Source: Candidatus Omnitrophota bacterium
Lineage (GTDB): Bacteria > Omnitrophota > Omnitrophia > Omnitrophales > Aquincolibacteriaceae
Direction: 5' to 3'
Assembly (NCBI GenBank): GCA_016196545.1
Contig: JACPXM010000020.1
Location: 74,626-138,625, forward strand
DNA length: 64,000 bases
The translations under genes were made by a program, and so were the position numbers. Every line of letters starts with the position of its first letter. The stretch's first letter is position 1. This document shows positions 1 through 8,925 of the stretch, in pieces. The notes below the pieces were generated by a model. It made no database searches. It was not told where the DNA came from and saw only the letters and a program-made list of their open reading frames with translations.

Positions 1-599
1 TCGACGAAATCCAAGACATGATAAAAGCCTACCGGGACCGGGCGGTTTGTATGGTCAATCCGCTCCGGTCACGTCTTGCCAGCACGAAGGCCGTGCTCTC
101 CATACTTACAAATCCGGAATACGATCATTTTTTTACCGACAATGAAAACAAAATCAAGCGAGAGCATATTCCCTGGACAAGGCGACTTGCGGATGCCGAG
201 GATTTTTACGGTCATAAAAAAATCTATTTGATCGATTTTCTCAAAGACGAAAAGGAATCCCTTGTGCTTAAACCTTCTTCCGGATCGGGCGGCAAGGACG
301 TCACCATAGGCAGCGAAACTCCGGATCAGGACTGGAACGCCGCCCTTGATAAGGCCGTCAAGGGGGACTGGGTGGTTCAAGAATTTGTGCCGATACCTAT
401 TATGACAGTCCCGGAAGTCATTAACGGGAAACTCGATTTTTCTTACAAGAAGTACAATTTCAATGCCTATGTGTTCGGAGGCAAATATTCGGGTGGGCTG
501 GTGCGATTAAGTAATGAAAGTGTGATCAATATTGCCCGAGGCGGAGGGCTTATTCCCTCGCTTGCCACAGAAGTCATTCCGGAACGCATGGAGGCCTAA
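1..599 (+). CDS. ATP-grasp fold protein, C-terminal part (circularly permuted type-2 ATP-grasp / glutathionylspermidine-synthase-like); 5' end lies outside the window
   Basis: The frame is open from base 3 to TAA at 597-599. It contains 'LVLKPSSGSGGKDVTIG' and 'DWVVQEFVPIP', which resemble the ATP-grasp core. Family assigned from motif memory only. Confidence 0.55.
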   Translation, partial: DEIQDMIKAYRDRAVCMVNPLRSRLASTKAVLSILTNPEYDHFFTDNENKIKREHIPWTRRLADAEDFYGHKKIYLIDFLKDEKESLVLKPSSGSGGKDVTIGSETPDQDWNAALDKAVKGDWVVQEFVPIPIMTVPEVINGKLDFSYKKYNFNAYVFGGKYSGGLVRLSNESVINIARGGGLIPSLATEVIPERMEA

Positions 600-609
600 G
601 GAGGCGGAA

Positions 610-1029
610 ATGCAAATCCCGACCCGCACTTTCAGTCTTGAAGAAGCCAATCAAATTGTTCCCCAGGTCGAAGAGGCTTTCAAACGATTTTTCACGAAAA
701 GGGATTCGCTGGAACGTCACCACGACGCTTTTTTGATGGAAGAGCTCATTGCCTTGCGCACAGCCCACGTCGGAGTTTATGATCCCGGCCGCCATTTGGA
801 CCTTGAGGCGCAAGAGCTCGATAGCGAGGTGCTTTCTTTGGCCAGCGAAATTCGTGCGATTCACCGACTCGGGTGCCGGGTCCGGAATTTAGATCATGGC
901 TGGGTCGATTTTCCTGGCATTCATTTCGGATCTCGAATTTTCTTTTGCTGGCGTCTCGGAGAGAAGCAAATCACGCATTATCATACCGACAAAGACCTTA
1001 CCCCTTCCCGGTTTCTGTTACGGGATTAG
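610..1029 (+). CDS. DUF2203-like small protein
   Basis: ATG at 610 lies 5 nt after AAGGAGG (598-604). The ORF-track start at 532 would overlap the upstream gene. 139 aa; N-terminal 'FSLEEANQIVPQV' and C-terminal 'CWRLGEKQITHYH' fit the DUF2203 pattern. Confidence 0.6.
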   Translation: MQIPTRTFSLEEANQIVPQVEEAFKRFFTKRDSLERHHDAFLMEELIALRTAHVGVYDPGRHLDLEAQELDSEVLSLASEIRAIHRLGCRVRNLDHGWVDFPGIHFGSRIFFCWRLGEKQITHYHTDKDLTPSRFLLRD

Positions 1030-1037
1030 AAACTTTT

Positions 1038-1856
1038 ATGCCGGAACTTCCGGAAGTCGAAACGATTGTGCGTTGGCTTCAAAGAGAAATTCAGGGGTTT
1101 GTTCTTTCAAAAATCGAGATTCGATCCGAAGCGATTTTGAATTCTCCAAAACAAGAAATTGAATCAAAGACCGCCGGTACACGCATCCAGAGGGTTTTTC
1201 GAAAAGGAAAATATCTCGGCATGGATCTCAGCGCCTTTAACACCTTATGGGTGCATCTGGGAATGACCGGACAGCTTGTTTGGCTTCACCCTTCAAAGGC
1301 GCTCGATTCCCATGTTCATGCCCTTATTGAATTTGAAGGAAAATCTGAGAGGCTTGTTTACCGGGACATTCGAAAATTTGGATCCATTTTTCTTACGAAG
1401 GGGAGGTCCTCCGGGATTCCCAGAGGACTTTCGCAATTAGGACCTGAGCCCTTGGAACTGGAATCCAGGGAATTCGTGCGGATCTTTAAAGAAAGAACTG
1501 GAAGAATCAAAAGCCTCTTATTAAACCAACAGCTCCTTGCGGGACTGGGAAATATTTATGCGGATGAAAGTCTGCACCGGGCTGGGATTGATCCCCGGCG
1601 TCGCTCATTCAGAATTCCTCAAAGCCGATTAGAGGCCCTCCTGGGTTCGGTTCGCGAAGTTTTGGAGGAAGCCATTGCTTCGGGCGGATCTACGATTGAT
1701 GATTATTTGCATCCTGACGGCACGCAGGGGACCTTTCAAAAACGCCATCGGGTTTACGGACGCGAAAATCAACCCTGTCCGGTTTGCCAGACTAAGATTC
1801 GAAGGCTCGTCATTGCGGGGCGTAGTAGCCATTTTTGTCCAAGTTGTCAAAAGTAA
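1038..1856 (+). CDS. mutM: formamidopyrimidine-DNA glycosylase
   Basis: Starts 'MPELPEVE' (catalytic Pro2/Glu3). H2TH motif 'LLLNQQLLAGLGNIYADE'. C-terminal zinc finger 'CPVCQTKIRRLVIAGRSSHFCPSCQ'. The ORF-track start at 873 is an upstream extension. Confidence 0.93.
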   Translation: MPELPEVETIVRWLQREIQGFVLSKIEIRSEAILNSPKQEIESKTAGTRIQRVFRKGKYLGMDLSAFNTLWVHLGMTGQLVWLHPSKALDSHVHALIEFEGKSERLVYRDIRKFGSIFLTKGRSSGIPRGLSQLGPEPLELESREFVRIFKERTGRIKSLLLNQQLLAGLGNIYADESLHRAGIDPRRRSFRIPQSRLEALLGSVREVLEEAIASGGSTIDDYLHPDGTQGTFQKRHRVYGRENQPCPVCQTKIRRLVIAGRSSHFCPSCQK

Positions 1857-1971
1857 TAAGGAAATCCCACGTCGCCCGCTAGGCCGCGGGCTCCTGGGAT
1901 CAATTCGCACGGCGGACTTGACGTCGCTTTCAGCTCCGTAAGTCCGGTGCTTATTTAGGAGGATTCACGAA

Positions 1972-2517
1972 GTGATATTACCCAAGAAGATTTTTTTAAC
2001 CAAAGGGGTTGGGGTTCATCGAGAAAAACTTTCCAGCTTTGAGCTGGCCTTGCGCGATGCAGGGATCGCCCCTTTTAATATTGTCCGCGTTTCAAGCATT
2101 TATCCACCCTTTTGCAAACTTATTTCCCGTGAGGCGGGACTCAAATACCTTACCCCCGGCCAAGTGCTTTTCACGGTGGTAGCCGAATGCGCAACCAATG
2201 AACCCAATCGCCTTATCGCCTCCTCGGTGGGGATGGCGCTTCCCAAAAGGCCCGATCAATACGGTTATCTTTCCGAGGCCCACACCTACGGCTGGACCGA
2301 GAAAAAAACAGGGGAATATGCCGAGGATCTTGCGGCCAGCATGCTTGCCACGATTTTAGGCGTCAAGTTTGATCCCGATTCTAGCTATGACAAAAAAAAG
2401 GAACTTTGGAAAATTTCCAATGAAATTGTAAAAACAACCGCCATCACTCAAAGTGCGATCGGCGATAAAAACGGAAACTGGACCACCGTGATTGCCGCGG
2501 CAGTTTTGATTCATTAA
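1972..2517 (+). CDS. pdaD: pyruvoyl-dependent arginine decarboxylase
   Basis: 181 aa. GTG start 9 nt after AGGAGG. 'FNIVRVSSIYPP' carries the Ser-Ser self-cleavage site typical of PvlArgDC. Confidence 0.85.
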   Translation: MILPKKIFLTKGVGVHREKLSSFELALRDAGIAPFNIVRVSSIYPPFCKLISREAGLKYLTPGQVLFTVVAECATNEPNRLIASSVGMALPKRPDQYGYLSEAHTYGWTEKKTGEYAEDLAASMLATILGVKFDPDSSYDKKKELWKISNEIVKTTAITQSAIGDKNGNWTTVIAAAVLIH

Positions 2518-2518
2518 A

Positions 2519-2647
2519 ATGAAAAAATTAGCCTATCATTTTTCCCTCCTTATTTTCTTCGGATTTATTTTTCTGCCTTCCTTTGCGGAGCGGTTTTTTT
2601 CGGGTTTTCTCTCCCTGTCCGTGAAATGGCTGGACCGCTACTGGTAA
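2519..2647 (+). CDS. hypothetical 42-aa hydrophobic micro-protein (below the ORF-track cutoff)
   Basis: My translation of ATG 2519 to TAA 2645-2647 gives MKKLAYHFSLLIFFGFIFLPSFAERFFSGFLSLSVKWLDRYW, with one predicted TM helix. It fills the pdaD-aguB gap. No clear SD. Confidence 0.3.
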   Translation: MKKLAYHFSLLIFFGFIFLPSFAERFFSGFLSLSVKWLDRYW

Positions 2648-2655
2648 TTCCTCTC

Positions 2656-3585
2656 ATGAAAAAAAAATCCCGGCGCGTGGCGCTAATCCAAATGGCCTCG
2701 GAGAAATTTCCTCAAGGCTGTCAGGCGAAAGCCCTTAAGCTTGCGCAAAAGGCCGCCCAGCAGGGCGCCCAAATTATTTGTCTTCAGGAACTCTACCGGA
2801 GCCGCTATTTTTGCGAAGGTTACCGCCACAAAAATTTTGAGCTCGCGGAAAATGTCAACGGGCCTTCCAGGGAGGCCTTTTCCAAACTCGCGAAGAAGAC
2901 AAAATCGGTTATGATCGTTCCCATTTTTGAGAAAAGGGCTGAGGGGGTTTATCACAATAGCGCCCTTGTCCTGGATGCGGACGGATCGATGCGCGGCCTT
3001 TACCGCAAAATGCATATTCCGGATGACCCGCATTTTTACGAAAAATTCTATTTCACCCCGGGTGACCTTGGATTTCAAGCCTTTGACACCGCTTACGGAA
3101 AAATTGGAGTATTAATTTGCTGGGACCAGTGGTTTCCCGAGGCCGCGCGCCTTACAGCGCTGGCGGGTGCACAAATCCTTTTTTATCCCACGGCCATTGG
3201 CTGGCATCATTCAGAAACCCAAACGGCACGCAAGGCCCAGCTCGCGGGCTGGAAAATTGTTCAACAGGGGCATGCCGTAGCCAATGAAGTATTTGTCGCC
3301 GTGGCCAATCGCGTCGGCCGGGAAAAGGGACTTACCTTTTGGGGACACTCTTTTGTGGCAGGGCCCTTTGGAGATATCCTCGCCGAGGCGAGAGAATCTC
3401 ATGAAGAAATTCTTCTTGCGGATTGCGACTTTTCGAAAATCGAGGAAGTACGCCGCCACTGGCCCTTTCTCCGCGACCGGAGAATTGACGCCTACGGAAG
3501 CCTTACAGAACGCTTTTTAAATGATGATCCTAGAAGCAAGAAACCGAAAACAAGAAAAGGGAAAAAGCCCGTTTCTTGTCTCTGA
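2656..3585 (+). CDS. aguB: N-carbamoylputrescine amidase (CN-hydrolase family)
   Basis: Nitrilase-superfamily Glu/Lys/Cys contexts 'CLQELY', 'YRKMHIPD' and 'VLICWDQWFPE'. The ATG at 2656 gives the usual 'RVALIQM' N-terminus. In-frame ATG 2626 is an alternative start. Confidence 0.85.
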   Translation: MKKKSRRVALIQMASEKFPQGCQAKALKLAQKAAQQGAQIICLQELYRSRYFCEGYRHKNFELAENVNGPSREAFSKLAKKTKSVMIVPIFEKRAEGVYHNSALVLDADGSMRGLYRKMHIPDDPHFYEKFYFTPGDLGFQAFDTAYGKIGVLICWDQWFPEAARLTALAGAQILFYPTAIGWHHSETQTARKAQLAGWKIVQQGHAVANEVFVAVANRVGREKGLTFWGHSFVAGPFGDILAEARESHEEILLADCDFSKIEEVRRHWPFLRDRRIDAYGSLTERFLNDDPRSKKPKTRKGKKPVSCL

Positions 3586-3587
3586 CG

Positions 3588-4715
3588 ATGACCCCCGCTA
3601 ACCCTCAATTTTTTTCTTCCAAGGTTCTCAACACTCCTGCTTCTCGAGGGCTTTCCATGCCTCCGGAATGGACGGCGCATGAGGCGACATGGCTTGCCTG
3701 GCCTCATAATCTTGAGACTTGGCCGGGGGGAAAATTAGCAGAAGTTGAAAAAATTTATCTCGCCATGATCGAGGCGCTATTGCCCCATGAAAAGGTGAAG
3801 CTTTTGGTGAAAGATCAAAATGAAAAAGGGCAAGTGCTTATAAAACTCAAAGCAGCGGGGCTTCGAAATCTTAAAAATCTAATTCTTATTCAGAAGCCGA
3901 CCGTCGATGCCTGGATTCGGGATTATGGGCCAACTTTTGTGACAAACCGCCCTCCCCTTCACGCTCTCCCTTTCCCTGAGGAAGAGGGAGGAGGGAGGGA
4001 GAAAAAGGCTTACATTAAATGGATTTTTAATGGTTGGGGGAATAAATATCCTTCTTTTGTTCCGGATACCCGCGTTTTCGAAGATAAAGATTTAATCCCT
4101 GACCGCGGTTTTGAAGCGGGATTTGTTTTGGAAGGCGGATCTATTGAAGTCAATGGCGAAGGGATTTGCATGACGACAGAATCCTGCCTTTTAAACAAAA
4201 ATCGGAACCCTCAGTTTTCTCAAAAGGAGATTGAAGAAAATCTTCGCAAGTTTCTCGGGGTTTCTGAAATCCTTTGGCTTAACGAGGGAATTGCAGGGGA
4301 TGATACCGATGGCCACATTGACGACCTCGCGCGCTTTGTTGCGCCAAAAGTCATTCTTGCAGCCGTTGAAGAAGATTCAAAAGACGGGAACTATTCTGTT
4401 TTGAAGAAAAACTGGGAGATTTTAAAACGGGCGGCTTCCGGAGAGGTAAAACGATTTGATATCCTTGAATTTCCGATGCCTGGAGGGGTCGTAAATGCGG
4501 ATAATGGCGAAAGACTGCCGGCAAGTTATACTAACTTCTATCTTGCTAATGGCGTCGTGCTTCTTCCAGTTTATCGCCACAAAAATGATGAACGGGCTAT
4601 TAAAATCTTAAAAGAATTTTTCCCCCGCCATTTAATGGTGCCGATTGACTGTAACGCGCTTGTGTATGGCCTCGGCGCCCTTCACTGTGTGACCCAGCAA
4701 GAGCCGGTGGTTTAG
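3588..4715 (+). CDS. aguA: agmatine deiminase
   Basis: Motifs 'WLAWPHN', 'DGHIDD' and C-terminal 'GALHCVTQQ' (catalytic Cys). ATG 3588 lies 2 nt after the aguB stop. The ORF-track start is TTG 3576. Confidence 0.88.
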   Translation: MTPANPQFFSSKVLNTPASRGLSMPPEWTAHEATWLAWPHNLETWPGGKLAEVEKIYLAMIEALLPHEKVKLLVKDQNEKGQVLIKLKAAGLRNLKNLILIQKPTVDAWIRDYGPTFVTNRPPLHALPFPEEEGGGREKKAYIKWIFNGWGNKYPSFVPDTRVFEDKDLIPDRGFEAGFVLEGGSIEVNGEGICMTTESCLLNKNRNPQFSQKEIEENLRKFLGVSEILWLNEGIAGDDTDGHIDDLARFVAPKVILAAVEEDSKDGNYSVLKKNWEILKRAASGEVKRFDILEFPMPGGVVNADNGERLPASYTNFYLANGVVLLPVYRHKNDERAIKILKEFFPRHLMVPIDCNALVYGLGALHCVTQQEPVV

Positions 4716-5299
4716 GGATTTTTTTCGAGAAGTTTTTTGACGTGGAGAATTCGCTGAAGGGCGGTCACGTGAGTACCAAGAAAAAGTGCCCAAAGGGCGA
4801 GGGGTAGTAGCGGGACAATGAGCACCCCTAACGCAAGAATGATGACGCGCACAGCCCGTTCAAAAAATCCGACATTGCATTCAAGATTTAATCCCTCCGC
4901 ACGCGCCTTTGCGTAGCTGGTGACAAAAGATCCCAGCAAGGCCCCGAGTGTGAGGAGCATGTACCCGGCCTTCCCCAATTCTGCAAAGAAAAGGATGAGC
5001 CCGCCGAAGAGGAAAAAATCGCAGTAACGGTCAACCGTGGAATCGAGGAAGGCGCCGAATCGCGTTATTTTTCCGGTTTTTCTGGCCAGCGCACCGTCTA
5101 GCAAATCTCCGAGAGAACCCCCAATCAGGACAAGGCCGCCGAAAAAAAGATGTCCGGATGCAAAAATCCATCCCGCGAGAAGACTGAGTGCAAGACCGGC
5201 AAGCGTGAGCTGATTGGGCGTAAAGCCTTTTTTCTCAAACCAGGAGGCAACCTGGTTAATGAGGCCTTCGAATTTGGGTCGCAGGGTCTTATTTAACAT
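4712..5299 (-). CDS. CDP-alcohol phosphatidyltransferase (phosphatidylinositol-phosphate synthase-like)
   Basis: Exact signature D-G-x2-A-R-x8-G-x3-D-x3-D in 'DGALARKTGKITRFGAFLDSTVD'. Multi-pass membrane protein. Its start overlaps the stop of the MIPS gene by 1 nt. Confidence 0.85.
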   Translation of the reverse strand: MLNKTLRPKFEGLINQVASWFEKKGFTPNQLTLAGLALSLLAGWIFASGHLFFGGLVLIGGSLGDLLDGALARKTGKITRFGAFLDSTVDRYCDFFLFGGLILFFAELGKAGYMLLTLGALLGSFVTSYAKARAEGLNLECNVGFFERAVRVIILALGVLIVPLLPLALWALFLGTHVTALQRILHVKKLLEKNP

Positions 5300-6408
5300 T
5301 AACGCGGGCAGGTTCCCTGAATGAATTTTTTTACCAATTCCTTGGCTTCCGTATCCGGAATTTGTTTGGGGGGATGCTTCATCGTGTAAGAAGAGATCGA
5401 AATCAGCGGGCCTCCGATTTTGCGGTCGCGCGCAACACGGCAGGCGCGAATGGCATCGATGGCGCAGCCAGCGCTATTGGGAGAGTCTTCCACAGAAAGC
5501 CTTAATTCTAGATTAATCGGAAATCCTGCAAACCCGCGGCCTTCCATGCGCAAATAACAGACCTTATTGTCATTTTGCCAGGGAACATAATCCGAAGGTC
5601 CAATATGAATATTTTCATCTTCCAAAGGAACCGTCATCTGACTTTGAACCGCTGCAGTTTTTGAAATTTTTTTGGAAAGCAGGCGGGTCCGGTTGAGCAT
5701 GTTTAAGAAATCCGTATTCCCACCGGTATTGAGCTGATAGGTGCGATCGATTTGCATGCCCCGATCATTAAAGAGTTTGGTCAGGACACGATGCACAATC
5801 GTGGCGCCCACCTGAGATTTAATGTCATCGCCAATGCAGGGGATGCGCTTTTGTTCAAAACGCTTGGCCCATTCCTGATTCGAGACAATAAAAACCGGCA
5901 TACAGTTAATGAAGCTGATACCGGTTTTAAGGCAAACTTCGGCGTAATTTTCGGTCGCTTGCTGGGATCCCACAGGAAGATAATTGATCAAAATTTCAGC
6001 ACCGGAATCTCGAAGCACCTTTTCCACGTTGGCGGGCTTTTTATTGGCGACGGCAAAGGTCCGGTCCGCAGGAAAATCCTTCATATGTTCCGATAAGCCG
6101 TCAAGCACGGGTCCCATTTCCACTTTGACTTTGCTTTTGGGAAGCGTGACATTGTAGATGGGGAGGACGCAATTTGGTTTTGCCATCACGGCGACGTCAA
6201 AACGTTCTCCGACTTTGCGCTTATCAATGTCAAAGGCGGCGACCACTTCAATATCTTCCGGAAGATAGCCTCCCAAGTCATAATTCATGAGTCCGAGATG
6301 CTCTTCTTGCTTATGGCCATTGGTTCCGCTTCGATAATATTCGATTCCCTGAACAAGCGAAGATGCGCAATTGCCTACGCCGGCAATCGCCACTCTAATT
6401 TTACTCAT
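5299..6408 (-). CDS. myo-inositol-1-phosphate synthase
   Basis: N-terminal Rossmann motif 'IRVAIAGVGNCASSLVQGIEYY', 369 aa, 'GDDIKSQVGAT' region. SD GGAGGA 8 nt upstream of the ATG. Confidence 0.88.
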   Translation of the reverse strand: MSKIRVAIAGVGNCASSLVQGIEYYRSGTNGHKQEEHLGLMNYDLGGYLPEDIEVVAAFDIDKRKVGERFDVAVMAKPNCVLPIYNVTLPKSKVKVEMGPVLDGLSEHMKDFPADRTFAVANKKPANVEKVLRDSGAEILINYLPVGSQQATENYAEVCLKTGISFINCMPVFIVSNQEWAKRFEQKRIPCIGDDIKSQVGATIVHRVLTKLFNDRGMQIDRTYQLNTGGNTDFLNMLNRTRLLSKKISKTAAVQSQMTVPLEDENIHIGPSDYVPWQNDNKVCYLRMEGRGFAGFPINLELRLSVEDSPNSAGCAIDAIRACRVARDRKIGGPLISISSYTMKHPPKQIPDTEAKELVKKFIQGTCPR

Positions 6409-6645
6409 TTTGTTGAATCCTCCATAAAGACTGCTGGCCTTTCGGCCCGAAATTGTGTTATGGTATTGTGACGAAGAGCTAAAATTATAGCACCGTTCGT
6501 CATAAAATCAAGACGAAATTGAAATTCATAACCTTTTATATTAAAACAAGTTAGATTTGATGCGTCCGATAAAAAATAATAATTTAGGGGCGGGTATCTG
6601 AAATGCTTCGAACCCCCAAGGACGAAAATGAAGGAAGGTAACGGC

Positions 6646-6966
6646 ATGGCCTCTCTCGAAGATTTTAAGAAACTGGATATCAAAATCGCGGAAATTGAAA
6701 CCGTAACCCCTCATCCTAATGCAGACAAGCTTTATGTCTTAGGAATTCGTGTCGGCCAGATTCGGAAAACCCTTGTGGCCGGGATACGCCTTCATTACGG
6801 AGAAGCCGAACTTAAGGGCAAAAAGATTGTCGTGATTGACAATTTGGAACCTGCCATGATTCGAGGCGTTGAGTCTCAAGGGATGCTTTTAGCCGCCTCA
6901 GACGGTGAGCATTTGACCTTGGTGGTGCCCGAACGCCCCATTGCCGACGGGGCCAAGGTCAAATAA
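6646..6966 (+). CDS. tRNA-binding domain protein (CsaA / MetRS-C-terminal EMAP-like)
   Basis: 'DIKIAEIETVTPHPNADKLYVL...VAGI...' matches the OB-fold tRNA-binding domain pattern. ATG 6646 follows GAAGGAAGG. Confidence 0.8.
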   Translation: MASLEDFKKLDIKIAEIETVTPHPNADKLYVLGIRVGQIRKTLVAGIRLHYGEAELKGKKIVVIDNLEPAMIRGVESQGMLLAASDGEHLTLVVPERPIADGAKVK

Positions 6967-6993
6967 GCCAGTGCGACGTTTGATCCATACGAG

Positions 6994-7032
6994 TGTCATC
7001 CTGATCCCGCCCCGGGCGGGATCAGGATGACA
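6994..7032. terminator. bidirectional stem-loop between convergent genes
   Basis: Near-perfect inverted repeat TGTCATCCTGATCCCGCC / GGCGGGATCAGGATGACA around a short CCG centre. It lies between the stops at 6966 (+) and 7068 (-). Confidence 0.7.
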
Positions 7033-7067
7033 CTTTGAAGGGTCACTTGAATTTATCGAACAGAGTA

Positions 7068-7460
7068 CTAGATTGAGAATTCGGGAAGTTCGAAATATTC
7101 CAGCAAATGCTGCCAGGCGGCGTAATGGATGAAAATCAAAAAGCTGGCCAGGGCAATCAAGCTGACATTACGGGTAAAACCCCGCTCATTGAGAAGTTGT
7201 TTGAAAAGAAAGCCGGTCAGGATGGAATAACCGATACACATGGGAAGTAGGAATACAAAATCGTTAATCCCTTCGCGATAAGGAATTTGGATAATATTTT
7301 CGACAATGACCCGGCGCAGCCCGTAGGCTAGATAAAGTACGGGCCCGGCCAGAAAAAGAAAAAGAGAAGGCACCCAGCCTCCTTGATAGCCAAAAAAAAC
7401 TAAAATTCCAAACGGAACAAAATAGCGAATGAGATGATGAATTTTTTTTATTTTAACCAT
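7068..7460 (-). CDS. hypothetical integral membrane protein
   Basis: 130 aa with about 4 hydrophobic segments. No recognisable motif. Confidence 0.6.
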   Translation of the reverse strand: MVKIKKIHHLIRYFVPFGILVFFGYQGGWVPSLFLFLAGPVLYLAYGLRRVIVENIIQIPYREGINDFVFLLPMCIGYSILTGFLFKQLLNERGFTRNVSLIALASFLIFIHYAAWQHLLEYFELPEFSI

Positions 7461-7544
7461 GGATTTTTATACTAAGCATGGGAGCAATTCTTGTCAAAGA
7501 AAACCTCTTATGCTACTATCGGCTCCACCGTAAGGAAATGTTCT

Positions 7545-8864
7545 ATGATTGACATTGAGACCGTAACCATGACTGATTATCGGCCCTTTCGCGCGCATCA
7601 TTACAATCCCTCCAAGATTAATCTAAGTCAGGTGATTGCTCCGCCTTATGACGTGATTTCAGTCCAAGAACAAGAGGATCTCTACGAGCAGTCTCCTTAT
7701 AATGTTGTGCGTCTCATTTTGAATAAGGAGAAGCCCGATGATTCCGATCAAGACAACCGTTACACACGCGCCCGCAATTTTTTTTCCGATTGGTGCCACG
7801 AGCAGATCCTGCTACGCGAGGAAAAACCCTGTTTTTTTCTCTACCGCCAGATTTTCCGCCGTCCCGAGACGGGAGAAAAGCTCTCGCGCTTTTCGCTTTT
7901 AGGAATTTTAAAACTGGAACCCTTTGAGAAGGGAATTGTGGTGGCGCACGAACAGACGCTGGCCCGGCCTAAGGCCGACCGGCGCAGGCTGTTGGAGACG
8001 ACCCAAACGAATTTTTCCCCGGTTTTTGGTCTTTATGAAGACGAGTCGGAAAAACTTCCCCCCCTTTTTTCGGAAATCCTCAAGGCCAAGCCTAATTTTT
8101 ATGCGGTGGAAGGGGATACGGTTCATGAAGTGTGGAAAATCTCGGAGGATTCCTCCCTTCATGAAATTCAGGAATTTATTTCAGGGAAAAATATTTACAT
8201 TGCGGACGGCCATCATCGGTATCAAACCGCACTGGATTATGCCCGGGAAATGCATCGCAAAGAAGGCGTCCCCGAAGCACGGCTTCAGCCTTATGATTTT
8301 GTGCTTATGGCGCTTGTACGGTTTGAAGATGAAGGGCTTGTCCTTCTTCCGACGCATCGGGCCGTGAAACCCTTTTCAGGATTTGATCCAAAAAAACTTC
8401 TGGAAAGTCTAAAACCGTTCTTCAAGGTCGAAGCGGTACCGGGTTCCTTTTTGCAAAAAGGAACCCGGTACCTTCAGGGTTTAACTTCTTTTGATTTGGT
8501 TCTGAAGGACGATGGCTATCACTTGACCCTCGAACATCCCGAAAAAGTAAAAGCACTGATGCCTCCCGGAAAACCGGAAATTTGGTATTCCTTGGATGTT
8601 AACTTGCTCGCTTATCTTATTTTTCATAAACTGATGGACCTTGCGCCCGAGGCATGGGAAACTCAACTTCGGTTTACGCATTCCGAGCAAGAAGTTTTGG
8701 AATGGGTGAAACGTGGAGAGGTCGCGGCTGCATTTTTGCTCCGAGCCCCGCAAGTAAAAATTTTAAAACAGATGGGTGAGGTCAAAGAACTCATGCCCCA
8801 AAAATCCACTTATTTTTATCCCAAACTGGCCAGCGGGCTTGTCTTTTACCATCACCAAGAATAA
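7545..8864 (+). CDS. DUF1015 family protein
   Basis: 'PFRAHHYNP...VIAPPYDVIS' and 'IADGHHRYQTAL' are hallmark DUF1015 motifs. The first in-frame ATG is 7545; the ORF-track start 7491 is TTG. Confidence 0.85.
   Translation: MIDIETVTMTDYRPFRAHHYNPSKINLSQVIAPPYDVISVQEQEDLYEQSPYNVVRLILNKEKPDDSDQDNRYTRARNFFSDWCHEQILLREEKPCFFLYRQIFRRPETGEKLSRFSLLGILKLEPFEKGIVVAHEQTLARPKADRRRLLETTQTNFSPVFGLYEDESEKLPPLFSEILKAKPNFYAVEGDTVHEVWKISEDSSLHEIQEFISGKNIYIADGHHRYQTALDYAREMHRKEGVPEARLQPYDFVLMALVRFEDEGLVLLPTHRAVKPFSGFDPKKLLESLKPFFKVEAVPGSFLQKGTRYLQGLTSFDLVLKDDGYHLTLEHPEKVKALMPPGKPEIWYSLDVNLLAYLIFHKLMDLAPEAWETQLRFTHSEQEVLEWVKRGEVAAAFLLRAPQVKILKQMGEVKELMPQKSTYFYPKLASGLVFYHHQE
8435..8472. repeat. type-2 palindromic element inside the DUF1015 CDS
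   Basis: Perfect 38-bp palindrome GGTACCGGGTTCCTTTTTGCAAAAAGGAACCCGGTACC. Read in frame it encodes VPGSFLQKGTRY. Confidence 0.9.
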
Positions 8865-8871
8865 CAAAACT

Positions 8872-8910
8872 TACCGGTTCCAGGTTGCCACTAACAACCT
8901 GGAACCGGTA
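8872..8910. repeat. type-1 palindromic element (REP/terminator-like), copy a
   Basis: TACCGGTTCCAGGTTG / 7-nt loop / CAACCTGGAACCGGTA, with 16-bp perfect arms. It begins 8 nt after the DUF1015 stop. Confidence 0.9.
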
Positions 8911-8925
8911 GGCTGAAGGAGAATT

